Assembly: GCA_964551615.1 (NCBI GenBank)
Contig: CAZKDY010000023.1
Coordinates: forward strand, 20,294-84,293
DNA length: 64,000 nucleotides
Reading direction: 5' to 3'
Origin: an uncultured Polyangiaceae bacterium
GTDB lineage: Bacteria; Myxococcota_A; Polyangia; Polyangiales; Polyangiaceae
The translations under genes were made by a program, and so were the position numbers. The notes under the pieces are model-generated. The model was not told the origin of the DNA. It worked only from the letters and a program-made list of their open reading frames with translations, and ran no database searches. How positions within the stretch are numbered: the stretch's first letter is position 1; every line of letters begins with the position of its first letter. Of the stretch, positions 26,326 through 36,303 are shown in pieces.

Positions 26326-27582
26326 ATGACGCACAGGAAACAAGAGCTAATCCGTGGCTCACACACCCACCAACCCGCGCGCACCCTGAGCGGCGTCGCC
26401 GCCGGACGTCGCGTGCGCCTAACCTGGCTGTGTGCGATCGCCGGGGCGACGGTAGGTGGCTCGAGCCTGAGCGCGCTGACCTCCGCCGCAGCCCAGCCTG
26501 CGCCGGGCCACCAGGCTACGCCGCTGCAGGCCACGGCGGGGGCAGGGCCTAGCAGCCCAGCGCAGCCCCAAGCTGAGCCGCAAGCCGACGAGGCGGCGAC
26601 GGACAGCGGCGCTGGTCCGAATTGTGTGATCAGCGGCGCGACCGCGCCGCCCAAGGACCTTGAGATCTACGACAAGCAAGCTGGCGGGGTCGTCGTAGCG
26701 AAGCTGGTGGGCGTCGAGACGCCGCTCAAAGCGTTTGAATTTCCGACCGGCAAAGACGCACGTGCCAAGCTCGAGACCGGCACTGGCAAGGGCCATTTCC
26801 GCATTGAAGGCTACGTCCACGCCAAGCGGCTGCCGATGTTCACCACGAAGTCACTCAGCGTGTCACCGGGCCACCTGTGGATCGGCGCCCAGCGCGAGGT
26901 CCATTTTGACGGCGCGACGCCTGGCCGGCTGCGGGTCACCAAGCACATGACGACGCCGCTGTCGCAGACCTTTCGGACCTGGACTTCGTGCAAGAACCTG
27001 ACCTTTGACGAAGGCACCCCGCCCGCCTGGAGCGTCGACGGCGACGCTCGCGGCTACCGGATGAAGAGCGACTCGATCGTGCTCTACAATGACTACAGTC
27101 GTGACAAGTCTGAGGTGGTCACGCTGAACCGCGCCAGCGGCGCGGAGATGCTGTTCTGGAGCACCAAGCGCCACGGCAGCTACGTGCAGGTGGCCTACCA
27201 GGGCGAGATCATGCTCGAGGCCTGGGCCAAGGCATCGGCGCTCAAGGCGTTGCCACGCGGCGAAGTCATGGATCAGGCGGTCGCGCCCAAACGTCACGTG
27301 ACAGGCGCCAAGCTCACGCTGCAAGGCGACGCAAAGCTGATCAAGACGACCCGTGAGCATTACATCCGTGCGGAAGCTAAAGAGGACGCGCCAAAGATCG
27401 GCCGCATCGAGATCGGCACCGAGACCTACGTGCTAAACGTCGTCGCGGGCTGGGCCAGCGTCGTGCCAAAGAACGCGACCGTGATGCCGCCCGAAAACGG
27501 TCAGTTCTGGGTCAACGCGGAGGACTTGGGGCTCAACCCCACGCCGGCGAAGCCGGGGCCTGCTCCTAGCCCTGCCGAGTAG
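26326..27582 (+). CDS. Secreted hypothetical protein
   Basis: ATG is preceded by AGGAGA. The signal-like N-terminus is 'RRVRLTWLCAIAGATVGGSSLSALTSAAAQ', followed by a Pro/Ala/Gln-rich linker and a beta-rich domain. No motif recognised. Confidence 0.7.
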   Translation: MTHRKQELIRGSHTHQPARTLSGVAAGRRVRLTWLCAIAGATVGGSSLSALTSAAAQPAPGHQATPLQATAGAGPSSPAQPQAEPQADEAATDSGAGPNCVISGATAPPKDLEIYDKQAGGVVVAKLVGVETPLKAFEFPTGKDARAKLETGTGKGHFRIEGYVHAKRLPMFTTKSLSVSPGHLWIGAQREVHFDGATPGRLRVTKHMTTPLSQTFRTWTSCKNLTFDEGTPPAWSVDGDARGYRMKSDSIVLYNDYSRDKSEVVTLNRASGAEMLFWSTKRHGSYVQVAYQGEIMLEAWAKASALKALPRGEVMDQAVAPKRHVTGAKLTLQGDAKLIKTTREHYIRAEAKEDAPKIGRIEIGTETYVLNVVAGWASVVPKNATVMPPENGQFWVNAEDLGLNPTPAKPGPAPSPAE

Positions 27583-27660
27583 TCGGCCAGGCGACACGCG
27601 TCAGGCGACGAGCGCCAGCCGACGGCGCGGCAAGCGACGGCGCGGCAAGCGGTCAACGCC

Positions 27661-28623
27661 TCACAGGCCTAGGTTCTTGCGCATGCGGGGCAACGGGTCC
27701 TCGAGGTTCGGGACGAACTCCAGGCCCGTGATGGTCTCGACCGCCTCGATGTAGCGCTTGACGGCCTCGACCTTGACGTGATCGGGGATGACCGGGATCG
27801 GGCCGTCGCCCGTAAAGCCCTGATCTTTAAGCCAGCGCCGCAGGTACTCCTTGTCAAAGCTCTCTGGCGACTCGCCAGCCTGCATGCGCGCCTGATAGGT
27901 GTTCGCGTACCAAAAGCGCGACGAGTCTGGCGTGTGGATCTCGTCGATCACCACGACGCGCCCGTCCTTCGTCTTGCCGAACTCGTATTTTGTATCCACG
28001 AGGATTAGGCCGCGCTCGGCGCAGACGCGCTGACCAAACGCGAACAGCTCAGCGGCCATGCGCGCGGCGGTGTCGAAGTCCTGGCTAGGCATTTTAGTCA
28101 GCGCCAGGATCTCTTCCCGAGAGGCCGAGACATCGTGATCGCCGTGGGCTGCCTTGCTGCTCGGCGTCAGGATCGGCGCCGGCAGCGCTTGGTGCTTTTG
28201 CATTCCGTCAGCCAGGGCGTGCCCGCAGAAGCTGCGCTCACCGCGCTCGTAGTGCACCCAAATGCTAGTGCTGGTGGTGCCTGTCAGGTAGGCGCGCATC
28301 ACCATCTCGACCGGGAGCGGCTCGCACTCATGGGCCAACATCACGTTGGGATCCGGCACCCCGATCACGTGGTTGTCAGCGATGTGTTTGGTCTGCTCGA
28401 ACCACCAAGCGGCGATCCAGTTGAGCACCTGGCCCTTGAGCGGCAGCGTGCCGAGCACGCGGTCGAACGCGCTGATGCGGTCCGTCACCACGATGTAGCG
28501 CTTGCCGTCGGGCGAGCTGTAGTTGTCACGGACCTTGCCCTCGTACTTCACCCCCAGCGCGTCGAAATCGCTGGCTGCGAGGGGACTTGAGAGCGCCTGT
28601 TTGATGGTGTCGTCGGTCAGCAC
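27661..28623 (-). CDS. purC: Phosphoribosylaminoimidazole-succinocarboxamide synthase (SAICAR synthetase)
   Basis: '[10 protein letters not shown]', '[11 protein letters not shown]', '[15 protein letters not shown]'; long-form PurC of 320 aa. Confidence 0.9.
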   Translation of the reverse strand: MLTDDTIKQALSSPLAASDFDALGVKYEGKVRDNYSSPDGKRYIVVTDRISAFDRVLGTLPLKGQVLNWIAAWWFEQTKHIADNHVIGVPDPNVMLAHECEPLPVEMVMRAYLTGTTSTSIWVHYERGERSFCGHALADGMQKHQALPAPILTPSSKAAHGDHDVSASREEILALTKMPSQDFDTAARMAAELFAFGQRVCAERGLILVDTKYEFGKTKDGRVVVIDEIHTPDSSRFWYANTYQARMQAGESPESFDKEYLRRWLKDQGFTGDGPIPVIPDHVKVEAVKRYIEAVETITGLEFVPNLEDPLPRMRKNLGL

Positions 28624-28790
28624 GGCGACCGAAACCTACCGAGCTTTGCCAGCAGCAGCAATGCACAAACCCCGACAACCCACGGGCCCAGACGCCATCT
28701 AGTTCTGCTGATCCCGCCTCCGAAGCGGGAATGGCGTCCCACCACCCGATCCTGAGAGCCTCGCGCGCTGATTTGACTATCCTTGCCGGC

Positions 28791-30677
28791 ATGTCGAACC
28801 GGGTTTGGGTGCTGGTGATCAACTGCGGCAGCTCATCTATCAAGCTGGATGTGCTGGACCCGTCGACTGGAGAGCGCTGCCAGTCGCGCGCTGGCGACGG
28901 ACAGGCGCTGCGCGAGTTGTGCGGCAAGGTCGACCGCTTGGGTCAGCCGGGGTGCGCGCTGCAGCTCGGAGACACGAGCCTCGCGCTGCCTGGCGCCGAT
29001 CACGCCGCGGCGCTGGCGAAGGTGCTGCCCATTTTACTCGCTGGCGTCGACATTGCTGCCGTGGGGCACCGCGTTGTGCATGGCGGCCCCAGCTTCAGCG
29101 CCGCGGTGCGCATCGACGCCGAGGTGGAGCAGCGGATCGACGAGCTGTCGAGCATGGCGCCGCTGCACAACCCAGCCAACCTGGCGGGGATCCGCGCGGC
29201 TCGACGCCTGCTACCGGACAAGTGCCACGTGGCGGTGTTTGACACTGCGTTCCACGCCACCCTGCCGGCCCGCGCCCGGGAGTACGCCTTGCCCGCCGCG
29301 CTGCGCGAAGAGCACGGCATCCGCCGCTACGGTTTTCATGGCCCCTCCCACCGCTGGGTGGCTGAGAGCGCCGCGCACTACTTGAAGGAAGACATCCGGG
29401 ATCTGCGCCTCATCACCTGTCACTTGGGCAACGGCGCCAGCGTGTGTGCGATTGAGTACGGGCGCAGCATCGAGACCAGCATGGGCATGACGCCCCTAGA
29501 AGGGCTGGTCATGGGTACCCGCTCAGGCGACTTGGACCTGGGCATCGTGCTTGAGCTGCAGCGCAAGGGCTACAGCGTGGAGCGCCTAGACGAGTTGCTC
29601 AATCGCGAGTCAGGCTTGGCGGGCCTGAGCGGCGTCGGCAACGACCTGCGCGACATCGAGGCGCGCGCCGCCGAAGGCGATGACGCGTGTCGCTTGGCGC
29701 TGCAGGTGTTCACCCATCGCCTGCGCAAGTACATCGGCAGCTACGCGGCGGTGCTCGGCGGCGTAGACGCCATCGTGTTTACCGGCGGGATCGGTGAGAA
29801 CTCAGCGCTGGTCCGGCACCGCACGCTGCAGCGCCTGGAGTTCTTGGGCGCGCGCCTGGACGAAGACAAGAACCGTGACGCGAAGCTCACTTCCGCGCGG
29901 CCATGTGTTGAGATCAGCAGCGACCACAGCCGCACCCGCTTGCTGGTCGTGGCGACAGATGAGGCGCGCGCCATCGCCGGGGACGCGGCCCACCTCGCCC
30001 AGCTAGATGACCAGGTTCAATCTGGCCTCAGCATCCCCATCGCCATCTCGGCGCGGCATATTCATCTGACTGACGCGGCGGTGGAGAGCCTGTTCGGCAA
30101 AGGACACAAGCTGACCCCCAAGAAGCCGCTCAGCCAGCCCGGGCAGTACGCCTGCGAAGAGCTGCTGACGGTGGTCGGCCCCAAGGGTCAACTCGAGAAC
30201 GTGCGGGTGCTCGGCCCCACCCGCAGCAAGAACCAGGTCGAGGTGTCACGCACTGACGAGTTCAAGCTCGGCGTCGACGCGCCGGTGCGCGACTCTGGAG
30301 ACACCAAGGACAGCCCAGGGGTCACGCTGGTCGGACCGGCTGGCAGCCTCACCTTAGACAGCGGCTTGATCTGCGCGCGGCGGCACATCCACATGACGCC
30401 CGAGGACGCCACGCGCTTTGGGGTGAAGAACAAGGACGTCGTCGAGGTCGCGGTCGACTCAGACGGACGCGACCTGGTGTTTGGCGACGTGTTGGTGCGC
30501 GTCAGCGACAATTACCGTCTGGAAATGCACTTGGACACCGACGAGGGCAACGCGGCGCACATCGCGCCGGGGATGGCGTCGGTCATGCTGCCAGATCAAG
30601 ATACGTTCGCGAATGGCGCGCTGATCCCCACCAAACGCACCGCGCGCCTGAGGCGAAGAAGCACGCGCTTCGACTGA
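28791..30677 (+). CDS. ackA: Acetate kinase fused to PduL-type phosphate acyltransferase
   Basis: AckA motifs: 'VLVINCGSSSIKL', 'VGHRVVHGG', 'APLHNPANL', 'FDTAFH', 'YGFHGPSH', 'HLGNGASV', 'MGTRSGDLD', 'FTGGIGENS'. The same frame continues into two PduL/PTAC halves ('ISARHIHL...VLGPTRSKNQVEVSRTD', 'CARRHIHMTPEDA...GDVLVRVSDNYRLEMHLDTDEGNA'), about 30030-30566. Confidence 0.85.
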   Translation: MSNRVWVLVINCGSSSIKLDVLDPSTGERCQSRAGDGQALRELCGKVDRLGQPGCALQLGDTSLALPGADHAAALAKVLPILLAGVDIAAVGHRVVHGGPSFSAAVRIDAEVEQRIDELSSMAPLHNPANLAGIRAARRLLPDKCHVAVFDTAFHATLPARAREYALPAALREEHGIRRYGFHGPSHRWVAESAAHYLKEDIRDLRLITCHLGNGASVCAIEYGRSIETSMGMTPLEGLVMGTRSGDLDLGIVLELQRKGYSVERLDELLNRESGLAGLSGVGNDLRDIEARAAEGDDACRLALQVFTHRLRKYIGSYAAVLGGVDAIVFTGGIGENSALVRHRTLQRLEFLGARLDEDKNRDAKLTSARPCVEISSDHSRTRLLVVATDEARAIAGDAAHLAQLDDQVQSGLSIPIAISARHIHLTDAAVESLFGKGHKLTPKKPLSQPGQYACEELLTVVGPKGQLENVRVLGPTRSKNQVEVSRTDEFKLGVDAPVRDSGDTKDSPGVTLVGPAGSLTLDSGLICARRHIHMTPEDATRFGVKNKDVVEVAVDSDGRDLVFGDVLVRVSDNYRLEMHLDTDEGNAAHIAPGMASVMLPDQDTFANGALIPTKRTARLRRRSTRFD

Positions 30678-30759
30678 GCTAGCTGCTACACTTGCCTGCT
30701 GCGTTGGGCTCCCGAGCGGCCAGCGCTCCCTTAAGGCGACAGTCGCCCCCCTACTTGAG

Positions 30760-32082
30760 ATGACACCGATGACTCGAAGCGCTTCTTCTTCATCCAGCAC
30801 GCCTTCACCAGGCACGCCTTCAGCGCGCGGCCCTTCGGCGCGCCGCGCGCTGCGCTGGTTCTCAACCGTGGCCCTGGGGGTGAGCTTCGGGCTCGGCGGC
30901 TTGCAGGCCTGCTCGGCGGCCGATTCTGACCCGGGCTCAAAGGCGGCCGACGGCGGCGGCAGCGGCGGCGCGGGTGGCGGCGCCGGGAGCGCGAGCGGAG
31001 GCAACGGCGCGGACACCTTCGACGCCTCGGTGTCGGACGCCAGCCTGCCGGAGTGCGCCAGCGATTTGTACAGCGGTGACATCATCCCCCTCGATCTGTA
31101 CCTGCTGCTCGATCGCTCCGACAGCATGCTCGATCCAGATCCCCAGGGCATTCAGCGCTGGAGCGCCATCACCCAGGCCATCAAGAACTTCGTCGACGCC
31201 CCAGGCAACGGGGGGATCGGCCTCGGCCTGGGTTATTTCCCCGTGGGACTCACGAAGCCGCTCCCCACCAGCTGCGTGGGCCCCAGCGCTGACGATTGCT
31301 TCCCCTACGTGGCTCAGTGCTTGCTTGGTTCGTGTTGCTACGGCAACCAGTGCGGCGAGAAGCCCATCAGCAGCTGCCTGGCGTCGGACTACACCACGCC
31401 GGCGCTGGCCATTCAGGCGTTGCCGGGCGTGGCCGTGGCCGTAAAAGACTCGATCAACGCCACCAACCCTGAGGGCGGCACGCCCATGGGGCCAGCCCTC
31501 GAAGGCGCCATCGACTACGCCCAGACCTGGGCCGCCGCGCACCCCGATCACCTGACGGCGGTGGTGCTGGCGACCGACGGCGCGCCGTCGGGTTGCAACC
31601 CAGAGGGCACCGACATCGTGGCCGCGCGGGCCGCTGAAGGCAAAGCCCAGTCACCTTCGGTGCTGACCTTCGTGATCGGCCTGGGCGAGCAGCTGTCGAC
31701 CCTGAACGCCATCGCGATCGCTGGCGGGACCAAACAAGCCACGCTGGTGGACTCGGGCAGCAACGCGGGAGCGGAGTTCCTCACGGCACTAAATAAGATC
31801 CGCGGCGAGCTCCAGTGCACCTACGCGTTCCCGACGCCGACCTCAGGCACCGTGGACCCAGATCGACTCAACGTGGGCTTCCGCAAAGGCGGCAAGGCGC
31901 CGGTGTTTGTGCCTCAGGTCCCCGGCGGCGCCAACTGCGGCCTGGGCGAGCTGGCGGGCTGGTTCTACGACAACCCCAGCAACCCAACGCGCATCACGCT
32001 GTGCAAGCAGGCGTGTGAGGCGGTGCAGGGCGGCGGCATCCAGGTCGAGGTGATCTTGGGCTGCAAGACCGTCGTCAAGTAG
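30760..32082 (+). CDS. vWA domain lipoprotein (paralog of 17074-18261)
   Basis: Lipobox 'GLQAC', G/S/A linker, MIDAS 'LYLLLDRSDSML', 'AVVLATDGAPSGCN'. The C-terminus 'ITLCKQACEAVQGGGIQVEVILGCKTVVK' parallels the other vWA protein. Confidence 0.8.
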   Translation: MTPMTRSASSSSSTPSPGTPSARGPSARRALRWFSTVALGVSFGLGGLQACSAADSDPGSKAADGGGSGGAGGGAGSASGGNGADTFDASVSDASLPECASDLYSGDIIPLDLYLLLDRSDSMLDPDPQGIQRWSAITQAIKNFVDAPGNGGIGLGLGYFPVGLTKPLPTSCVGPSADDCFPYVAQCLLGSCCYGNQCGEKPISSCLASDYTTPALAIQALPGVAVAVKDSINATNPEGGTPMGPALEGAIDYAQTWAAAHPDHLTAVVLATDGAPSGCNPEGTDIVAARAAEGKAQSPSVLTFVIGLGEQLSTLNAIAIAGGTKQATLVDSGSNAGAEFLTALNKIRGELQCTYAFPTPTSGTVDPDRLNVGFRKGGKAPVFVPQVPGGANCGLGELAGWFYDNPSNPTRITLCKQACEAVQGGGIQVEVILGCKTVVK

Positions 32083-32162
32083 CGGCCGCGCGGCACTGAT
32101 ACCTGCGCTCGGTACCGTACGGCACCAACAGGTGCGCACGCCAGCGCTAGCACGTCCAAGGC

Positions 32163-33020
32163 TCAGGCGCGGGTCGCCACCATCAAGCGCTCCCACGCGC
32201 GCACACCTCGTCGCTCCTTGGCTGGCCAAAAGCGGGCGGCCCAGGTGTGGGCGTCGCTGTCCTCGTCGACGCGAAAACCTCGGCGCTCGACGCGGCCGCG
32301 GGCCTCTTCTGCCGTCATCTCACCTAGGATCGGCTCGCCAATTTGGCTGGCGAGCAGCACGCCCAGCCCCTGCATCAGGCCGCTCTTTGGGGCGATGTAG
32401 GTCATGCACAAGCGGCTGCCCACCGCGCTGTACAGCGCCACGGCGTCCAGGGTGGCGTCGATGGCGCCGGGGGTGAGGTACATGGTCACGCCTTCCCAAA
32501 TCCACAGACTGGGTAGCTCGGTCTGAAACCCAGCGCCGCTGAGCACCTCGCCGATGGCCTGACGCTCAAAGTCGATGGGGCAAAAGTTGACCTCCGCCGC
32601 CAGCGGGTCGAGCGCGCCAATACGCCCCTGCTTGTAGGTTTGGGTTTGGGGGTGGTCGAGCTCAAACACGCGCACGCCCTCGAGCTCTGGTAAGCGATAG
32701 GCGCGAGCATCCAGCCCTGCACCCAGCAACACCAGCTGACGCGTACCCGCCGCGACGCTCTCACGCAGCGCGGCGTCGATGGCCGCCGTGCGCAGCGGGA
32801 CACCGCTGCTCAGACCGAAGGTCGCGCGGGTCAGCGCCCGGTGCGCGATCCGTGACAACCCCGGGCGCCCAAGCGCCAACACCAGGGTCGTCAGGGGCAG
32901 CGGCAACAGACTCGACGCGACCGGATCACTCGCGACGTCCAAGTCGGCGGGGGTTTCGCTGTAAAACGCGCGCAGCGTCGCGACCAGATCGCTCGTCAGG
33001 CTCCGATGTTGCTCTCGCAC
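32163..33020 (-). CDS. Class I SAM-dependent methyltransferase (LCMT/TIGR00027-like O-methyltransferase)
   Basis: 'RQLVLLGAGLDARAYRL', 'VFELDHPQT' and 'LWIWEGVTMYL' are typical of this family. Confidence 0.8.
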   Translation of the reverse strand: MREQHRSLTSDLVATLRAFYSETPADLDVASDPVASSLLPLPLTTLVLALGRPGLSRIAHRALTRATFGLSSGVPLRTAAIDAALRESVAAGTRQLVLLGAGLDARAYRLPELEGVRVFELDHPQTQTYKQGRIGALDPLAAEVNFCPIDFERQAIGEVLSGAGFQTELPSLWIWEGVTMYLTPGAIDATLDAVALYSAVGSRLCMTYIAPKSGLMQGLGVLLASQIGEPILGEMTAEEARGRVERRGFRVDEDSDAHTWAARFWPAKERRGVRAWERLMVATRA

Positions 33021-33149
33021 GCCGCGATACTACACGAAGCTGAAGCGCGGCCTCAAAGCTGCACGCAAAGCCCGATCCAAGCGGGTGTTTGGGGACCGCT
33101 GGACGTTTGGGGGCTGGTGAACGCACCCAGCGCGCGATATGTCCATGGC

Positions 33150-34328
33150 ATGACTCGAGAGGTTTTTGTGGTCAGCGCCGCGCGCACTCCGATTGGCTCT
33201 TACCTGGGCGTGCTGAGCGGCGTCACGGCGCCCGCCCTGGGCAGCGTCGCCATCACGGCGGCGCTAGAGCGCGCTGGCGTCGCGCCAGACCTGGTCGAAG
33301 AGGTGTTCATGGGCAATGTTCTTTCCGCAGGGATTGGGCAAGCCCCCGCGCGGCAGGCGTCGCTAGGCGCCAACATCCCGAACACCGCCCCCTGCACCAC
33401 CGTGAGCAAGGTGTGCGGGTCAGGCCTGCAAGCCGTGGTCTTCGGCGCCAAGACGCTGCTGCTGGGCGACGCGGACATCGTGGTCGTGGGCGGGATGGAG
33501 TCGATGAGCCGGGTGCCCTACTACCTAGACAAGGCCAGAGAAGGCTACCGCATGGGCGACGGCAAGCTAGTCGACGGCATGATCCTCGACGGGCTGTGGG
33601 ACCCGTACAACAATTACCACATGGGTAATGCCGGCGAGCTGTGCGCCGCTGAGTTCAAGCTGAGCCGCGAAGCGCAAGACGACTACGCGAAAGAGAGCTA
33701 TCGCCGCGCCATGGCAGCCCAACGTGAAGGCCTATTCAAGGCCGAAATCGCGCCCGTTTCCATCCCACAGCGCAAGGGAGACGCGGTGGTCGTCAGCCAA
33801 GACGAAGAGCCCGGCCGCGGCAACCCGGACAAGTTCGGTGGGTTGCGCCCGGCGTTCACCAAGGACGGCACCATCACCGCGGCCAACGCCTCCACGCTGA
33901 ATGACGGGGCGAGCGCGCTGGTGCTCGCCTCGGGCGAGGCCGTTAAAGAGCACAAGCTGACCCCGCTGGCTCGCGTCGTGGGCTACGGCGGCGCGGCTCA
34001 AGCGCCTGAGTGGTTCACCACGGCACCGGCTAAGGCCATCGAAGCCACCACCAAGAAGCTCGGCATCGACAAGGCCAGCATCGATCTGTGGGAGATCAAC
34101 GAAGCCTTCAGCTGCGTGGCCATGGCTTGCAACCAACTGGCTGGGCTGGATCCCAAGACGGTCAACGTGCGCGGCGGCGCGGTCGCCCTGGGTCACCCCA
34201 TCGGCGCGTCGGGCGCGCGCATCCTGACCACGCTGCTCTACGCCATGCAGGACCACGACAAGCGCCGAGGCCTGGCCACGCTGTGCATCGGCGGTGGTGA
34301 GGCCGTCGCGGTGGTGGTCGAGCGCTGA
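33150..34328 (+). CDS. Acetyl-CoA C-acetyltransferase (thiolase II)
   Basis: Start at ATG 33150 'MTREVFVVSAARTPIGSY'. Active-site regions 'TVSKVCGSGLQAV', 'NVRGGAVALGHPIGASGARIL' and 'LCIGGGEAVAVVVE'. Confidence 0.9.
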   Translation: MTREVFVVSAARTPIGSYLGVLSGVTAPALGSVAITAALERAGVAPDLVEEVFMGNVLSAGIGQAPARQASLGANIPNTAPCTTVSKVCGSGLQAVVFGAKTLLLGDADIVVVGGMESMSRVPYYLDKAREGYRMGDGKLVDGMILDGLWDPYNNYHMGNAGELCAAEFKLSREAQDDYAKESYRRAMAAQREGLFKAEIAPVSIPQRKGDAVVVSQDEEPGRGNPDKFGGLRPAFTKDGTITAANASTLNDGASALVLASGEAVKEHKLTPLARVVGYGGAAQAPEWFTTAPAKAIEATTKKLGIDKASIDLWEINEAFSCVAMACNQLAGLDPKTVNVRGGAVALGHPIGASGARILTTLLYAMQDHDKRRGLATLCIGGGEAVAVVVER

Positions 34329-34409
34329 GCCGGCAGCCCCTGGGAGCCTTCGAACGCTGGATCGGACGCCGCCGACAGATGGCGAGGAGCGGGCTGGCTT
34401 CGAGCTGAG

Positions 34410-35426
34410 TTGAGCACTAGAACCCAAGACGTGTCAGCTTCTGGGCAGAGCGCGCCGCTGCGGCCGGTGGCCATCGCGCCCGGCGTGGTCGGGTTCGCCA
34501 CCCGCACGCCGACGCTGCCGCCGGCCACTCACACCAACAGCTACGCGCTGGGTGAGCGCGAGCTGCTGCTAGTCGAGCCAGCCAGCCCCTACCCAGAAGA
34601 GCAGCGCGCGTTCGTCGAGTGGGCGCGCGGCTTGGAGAGCCAAGGCCGCGAGCTGAAGGCCATCTTCCTCACCCACCATCACATCGATCATGTGGGTGGC
34701 GCGCTGGCGCTGAGTCGTGAGCTTCAGCTGCCGCTGTTGGCGCACCCGGCGACCGCCGCGCACCTAGCCGCAGCGTGGCCCGCGGACGGCCGCCAGCTAG
34801 ACGACGGAGAGACGCTGCTGCTCGACGGCGCGGTACCGCAGCGCTGGCAGGTGCTGCACACCCCCGGCCACGCGCCGGGCCACCTGTGTCTGTACGAAGC
34901 AGCGCTCGGACAGCTGGTCGTCGGCGACATGGTGGCCAGCGTCGGCACCATCTTGATCGAGCCGGGCGACGGTCACATGGCCACCTACCTCGAGCAGCTC
35001 AAGCGGCTCTCAGCGTTAGGCGCGTCCCTGGCGCTGCCAGCGCACGGCGATCCCATCCGTGCGGTCGAAACAGCGCCAGGGCTCTCAGCTGCGGCGACGC
35101 TAGGCCCAGCCCACGCCACGCCGACAGCGGGCGTTGACCAGCGCCAGGCGTCGGGCTCCTCAGCGTCCCCCAGCGACTGGTTCGACTTCTATATTTCCCA
35201 CCGGCTACGCCGTGAAGCAAAGGTCCTCGACGCGGTGAAGCGGCTGCGCGAGGCTGATCTGGACCAGCTGGTCAGCCTCGCCTACGACGACACCCCGCCC
35301 AGCGTCTGGGGCCTGGCCAAGCTGAGCTTACACGCACACCTGATCAAGCTCGTCGAAGAGGGGCGCGTCTGCTCCAGCGAGCGCGGGTACCGCCCCGGCG
35401 TCGCGACCCTAGCTGAGGACGCATGA
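34410..35426 (+). CDS. MBL-fold metallo-hydrolase
   Basis: 'IFLTHHHIDHVGG', 'HTPGHAPGH', 'LPAHGD'. The stop overlaps the next start (ATGA 35423-35426). Confidence 0.85.
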   Translation: MSTRTQDVSASGQSAPLRPVAIAPGVVGFATRTPTLPPATHTNSYALGERELLLVEPASPYPEEQRAFVEWARGLESQGRELKAIFLTHHHIDHVGGALALSRELQLPLLAHPATAAHLAAAWPADGRQLDDGETLLLDGAVPQRWQVLHTPGHAPGHLCLYEAALGQLVVGDMVASVGTILIEPGDGHMATYLEQLKRLSALGASLALPAHGDPIRAVETAPGLSAAATLGPAHATPTAGVDQRQASGSSASPSDWFDFYISHRLRREAKVLDAVKRLREADLDQLVSLAYDDTPPSVWGLAKLSLHAHLIKLVEEGRVCSSERGYRPGVATLAEDA

Positions 35427-35647
35427 CTGAACCAAGGCAAGACGCTTTTCAGCACGGATACGTGGCTGCCGCCTACCTGTTAGGCCGGCGAGGAGTCGCG
35501 CTGCTAGACGGCCTCCCAAACCCCTCGGCCAGGGTCAGCGCCCTCGCGGCGGCGCTGGGCCACGCTGACCGCGGCGTCCGCGCCGCCGCGCTCGCCCCAG
35601 AGCTGGCCGCGCTCACTCAGGCGCTCGACGCCCGGAGGCTCGGGTGA
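35423..35647 (+). CDS. 74-aa hypothetical protein (helical, Ala-rich)
   Basis: 4-nt overlaps at both ends (ATGA with the upstream gene, GTGA with the downstream gene). No motif recognised. Confidence 0.5.
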   Translation: MTEPRQDAFQHGYVAAAYLLGRRGVALLDGLPNPSARVSALAAALGHADRGVRAAALAPELAALTQALDARRLG

Positions 35648-36303
35648 TCACCAAGCCAGCGCGCCGCATCCCTCGTGAGCAGCTGCCGGCGCGGCTCACT
35701 CCGTTCGCTACCGCAGGGCAACAACAAGGCCAGCGCTTCGCCCGGGTGGTGCTGCGTCAAGAGGTCGACGCCGAGGCCCGCGCCTTGGCGATCGTAGAGC
35801 GCGCCAGCGCTGAAGCCAGCCTGATCTTAGAGCGCGCCGAGCAAGCCGCGAGCAGCGTGCGGCTGCTGGCAGAGGCAGAGGGTCGCGCCAACGGCGCCGC
35901 AGCGGTCGCCGCCCAAGCCATCCGCTTGGCCACGCTGGAGCGCGCCGCCGACACGCGTCAGCTCGAGCGCAGCATCGCCTTGGCGCGGGTGCTCGCCGAG
36001 CGCTTGCTCGGCGCAGAGCTAGCGCTGTCACCTGAACGCATCTTAGAGCTAGCGCGGACCGCGCTGCGCGAGAGCGGCGGCGCTCGCCAGGTGGTGATCC
36101 ACGCTCACCCAGACGACGCCCAAGCACTAGAAGCGGGCCGCGAGAGCCTGGGGTTGGCGCCAGATGCCGTACGCATCGCCAGCGACCCCAGCCGCACCCG
36201 CGGCAACCTACGCCTGGACACTGAGATCGGCGTGCTCGATGCAGAGCTCGCGCCTCAGCTTGAACGGCTGGCGCTAAAGCTGAGAGAGACCCTAAGCGGA
36301 TGA
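35644..36303 (+). CDS. FliH/SctL-family (ATPase stator/V-ATPase-E-like) protein
   Basis: Coiled-coil N-terminal half. The C-terminal pattern 'LARVLAERLLGAELALSPERILELARTAL...RQVVIHAHPDDAQAL...VRIASDPSRTRGNLRLDTEIGVLDAELAPQLERLALKL' matches the FliH/SctL C-domain consensus as I remember it. Confidence 0.6.
   Translation: MITKPARRIPREQLPARLTPFATAGQQQGQRFARVVLRQEVDAEARALAIVERASAEASLILERAEQAASSVRLLAEAEGRANGAAAVAAQAIRLATLERAADTRQLERSIALARVLAERLLGAELALSPERILELARTALRESGGARQVVIHAHPDDAQALEAGRESLGLAPDAVRIASDPSRTRGNLRLDTEIGVLDAELAPQLERLALKLRETLSG

Noticed and set aside
26184-26654. Long N-terminal extensions of several track ORFs (this one, plus 13628-17254, 52901-54235, 60925-61881, 33006-34328, 51485-52129, 48174-48557)
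   Set aside because: The extensions overlap divergent neighbours or promoters and are low-complexity. They precede an internal Met/Val where recognisable homology, a signal peptide or an SD begins. Shorter starts were used, with the uncertainty stated.
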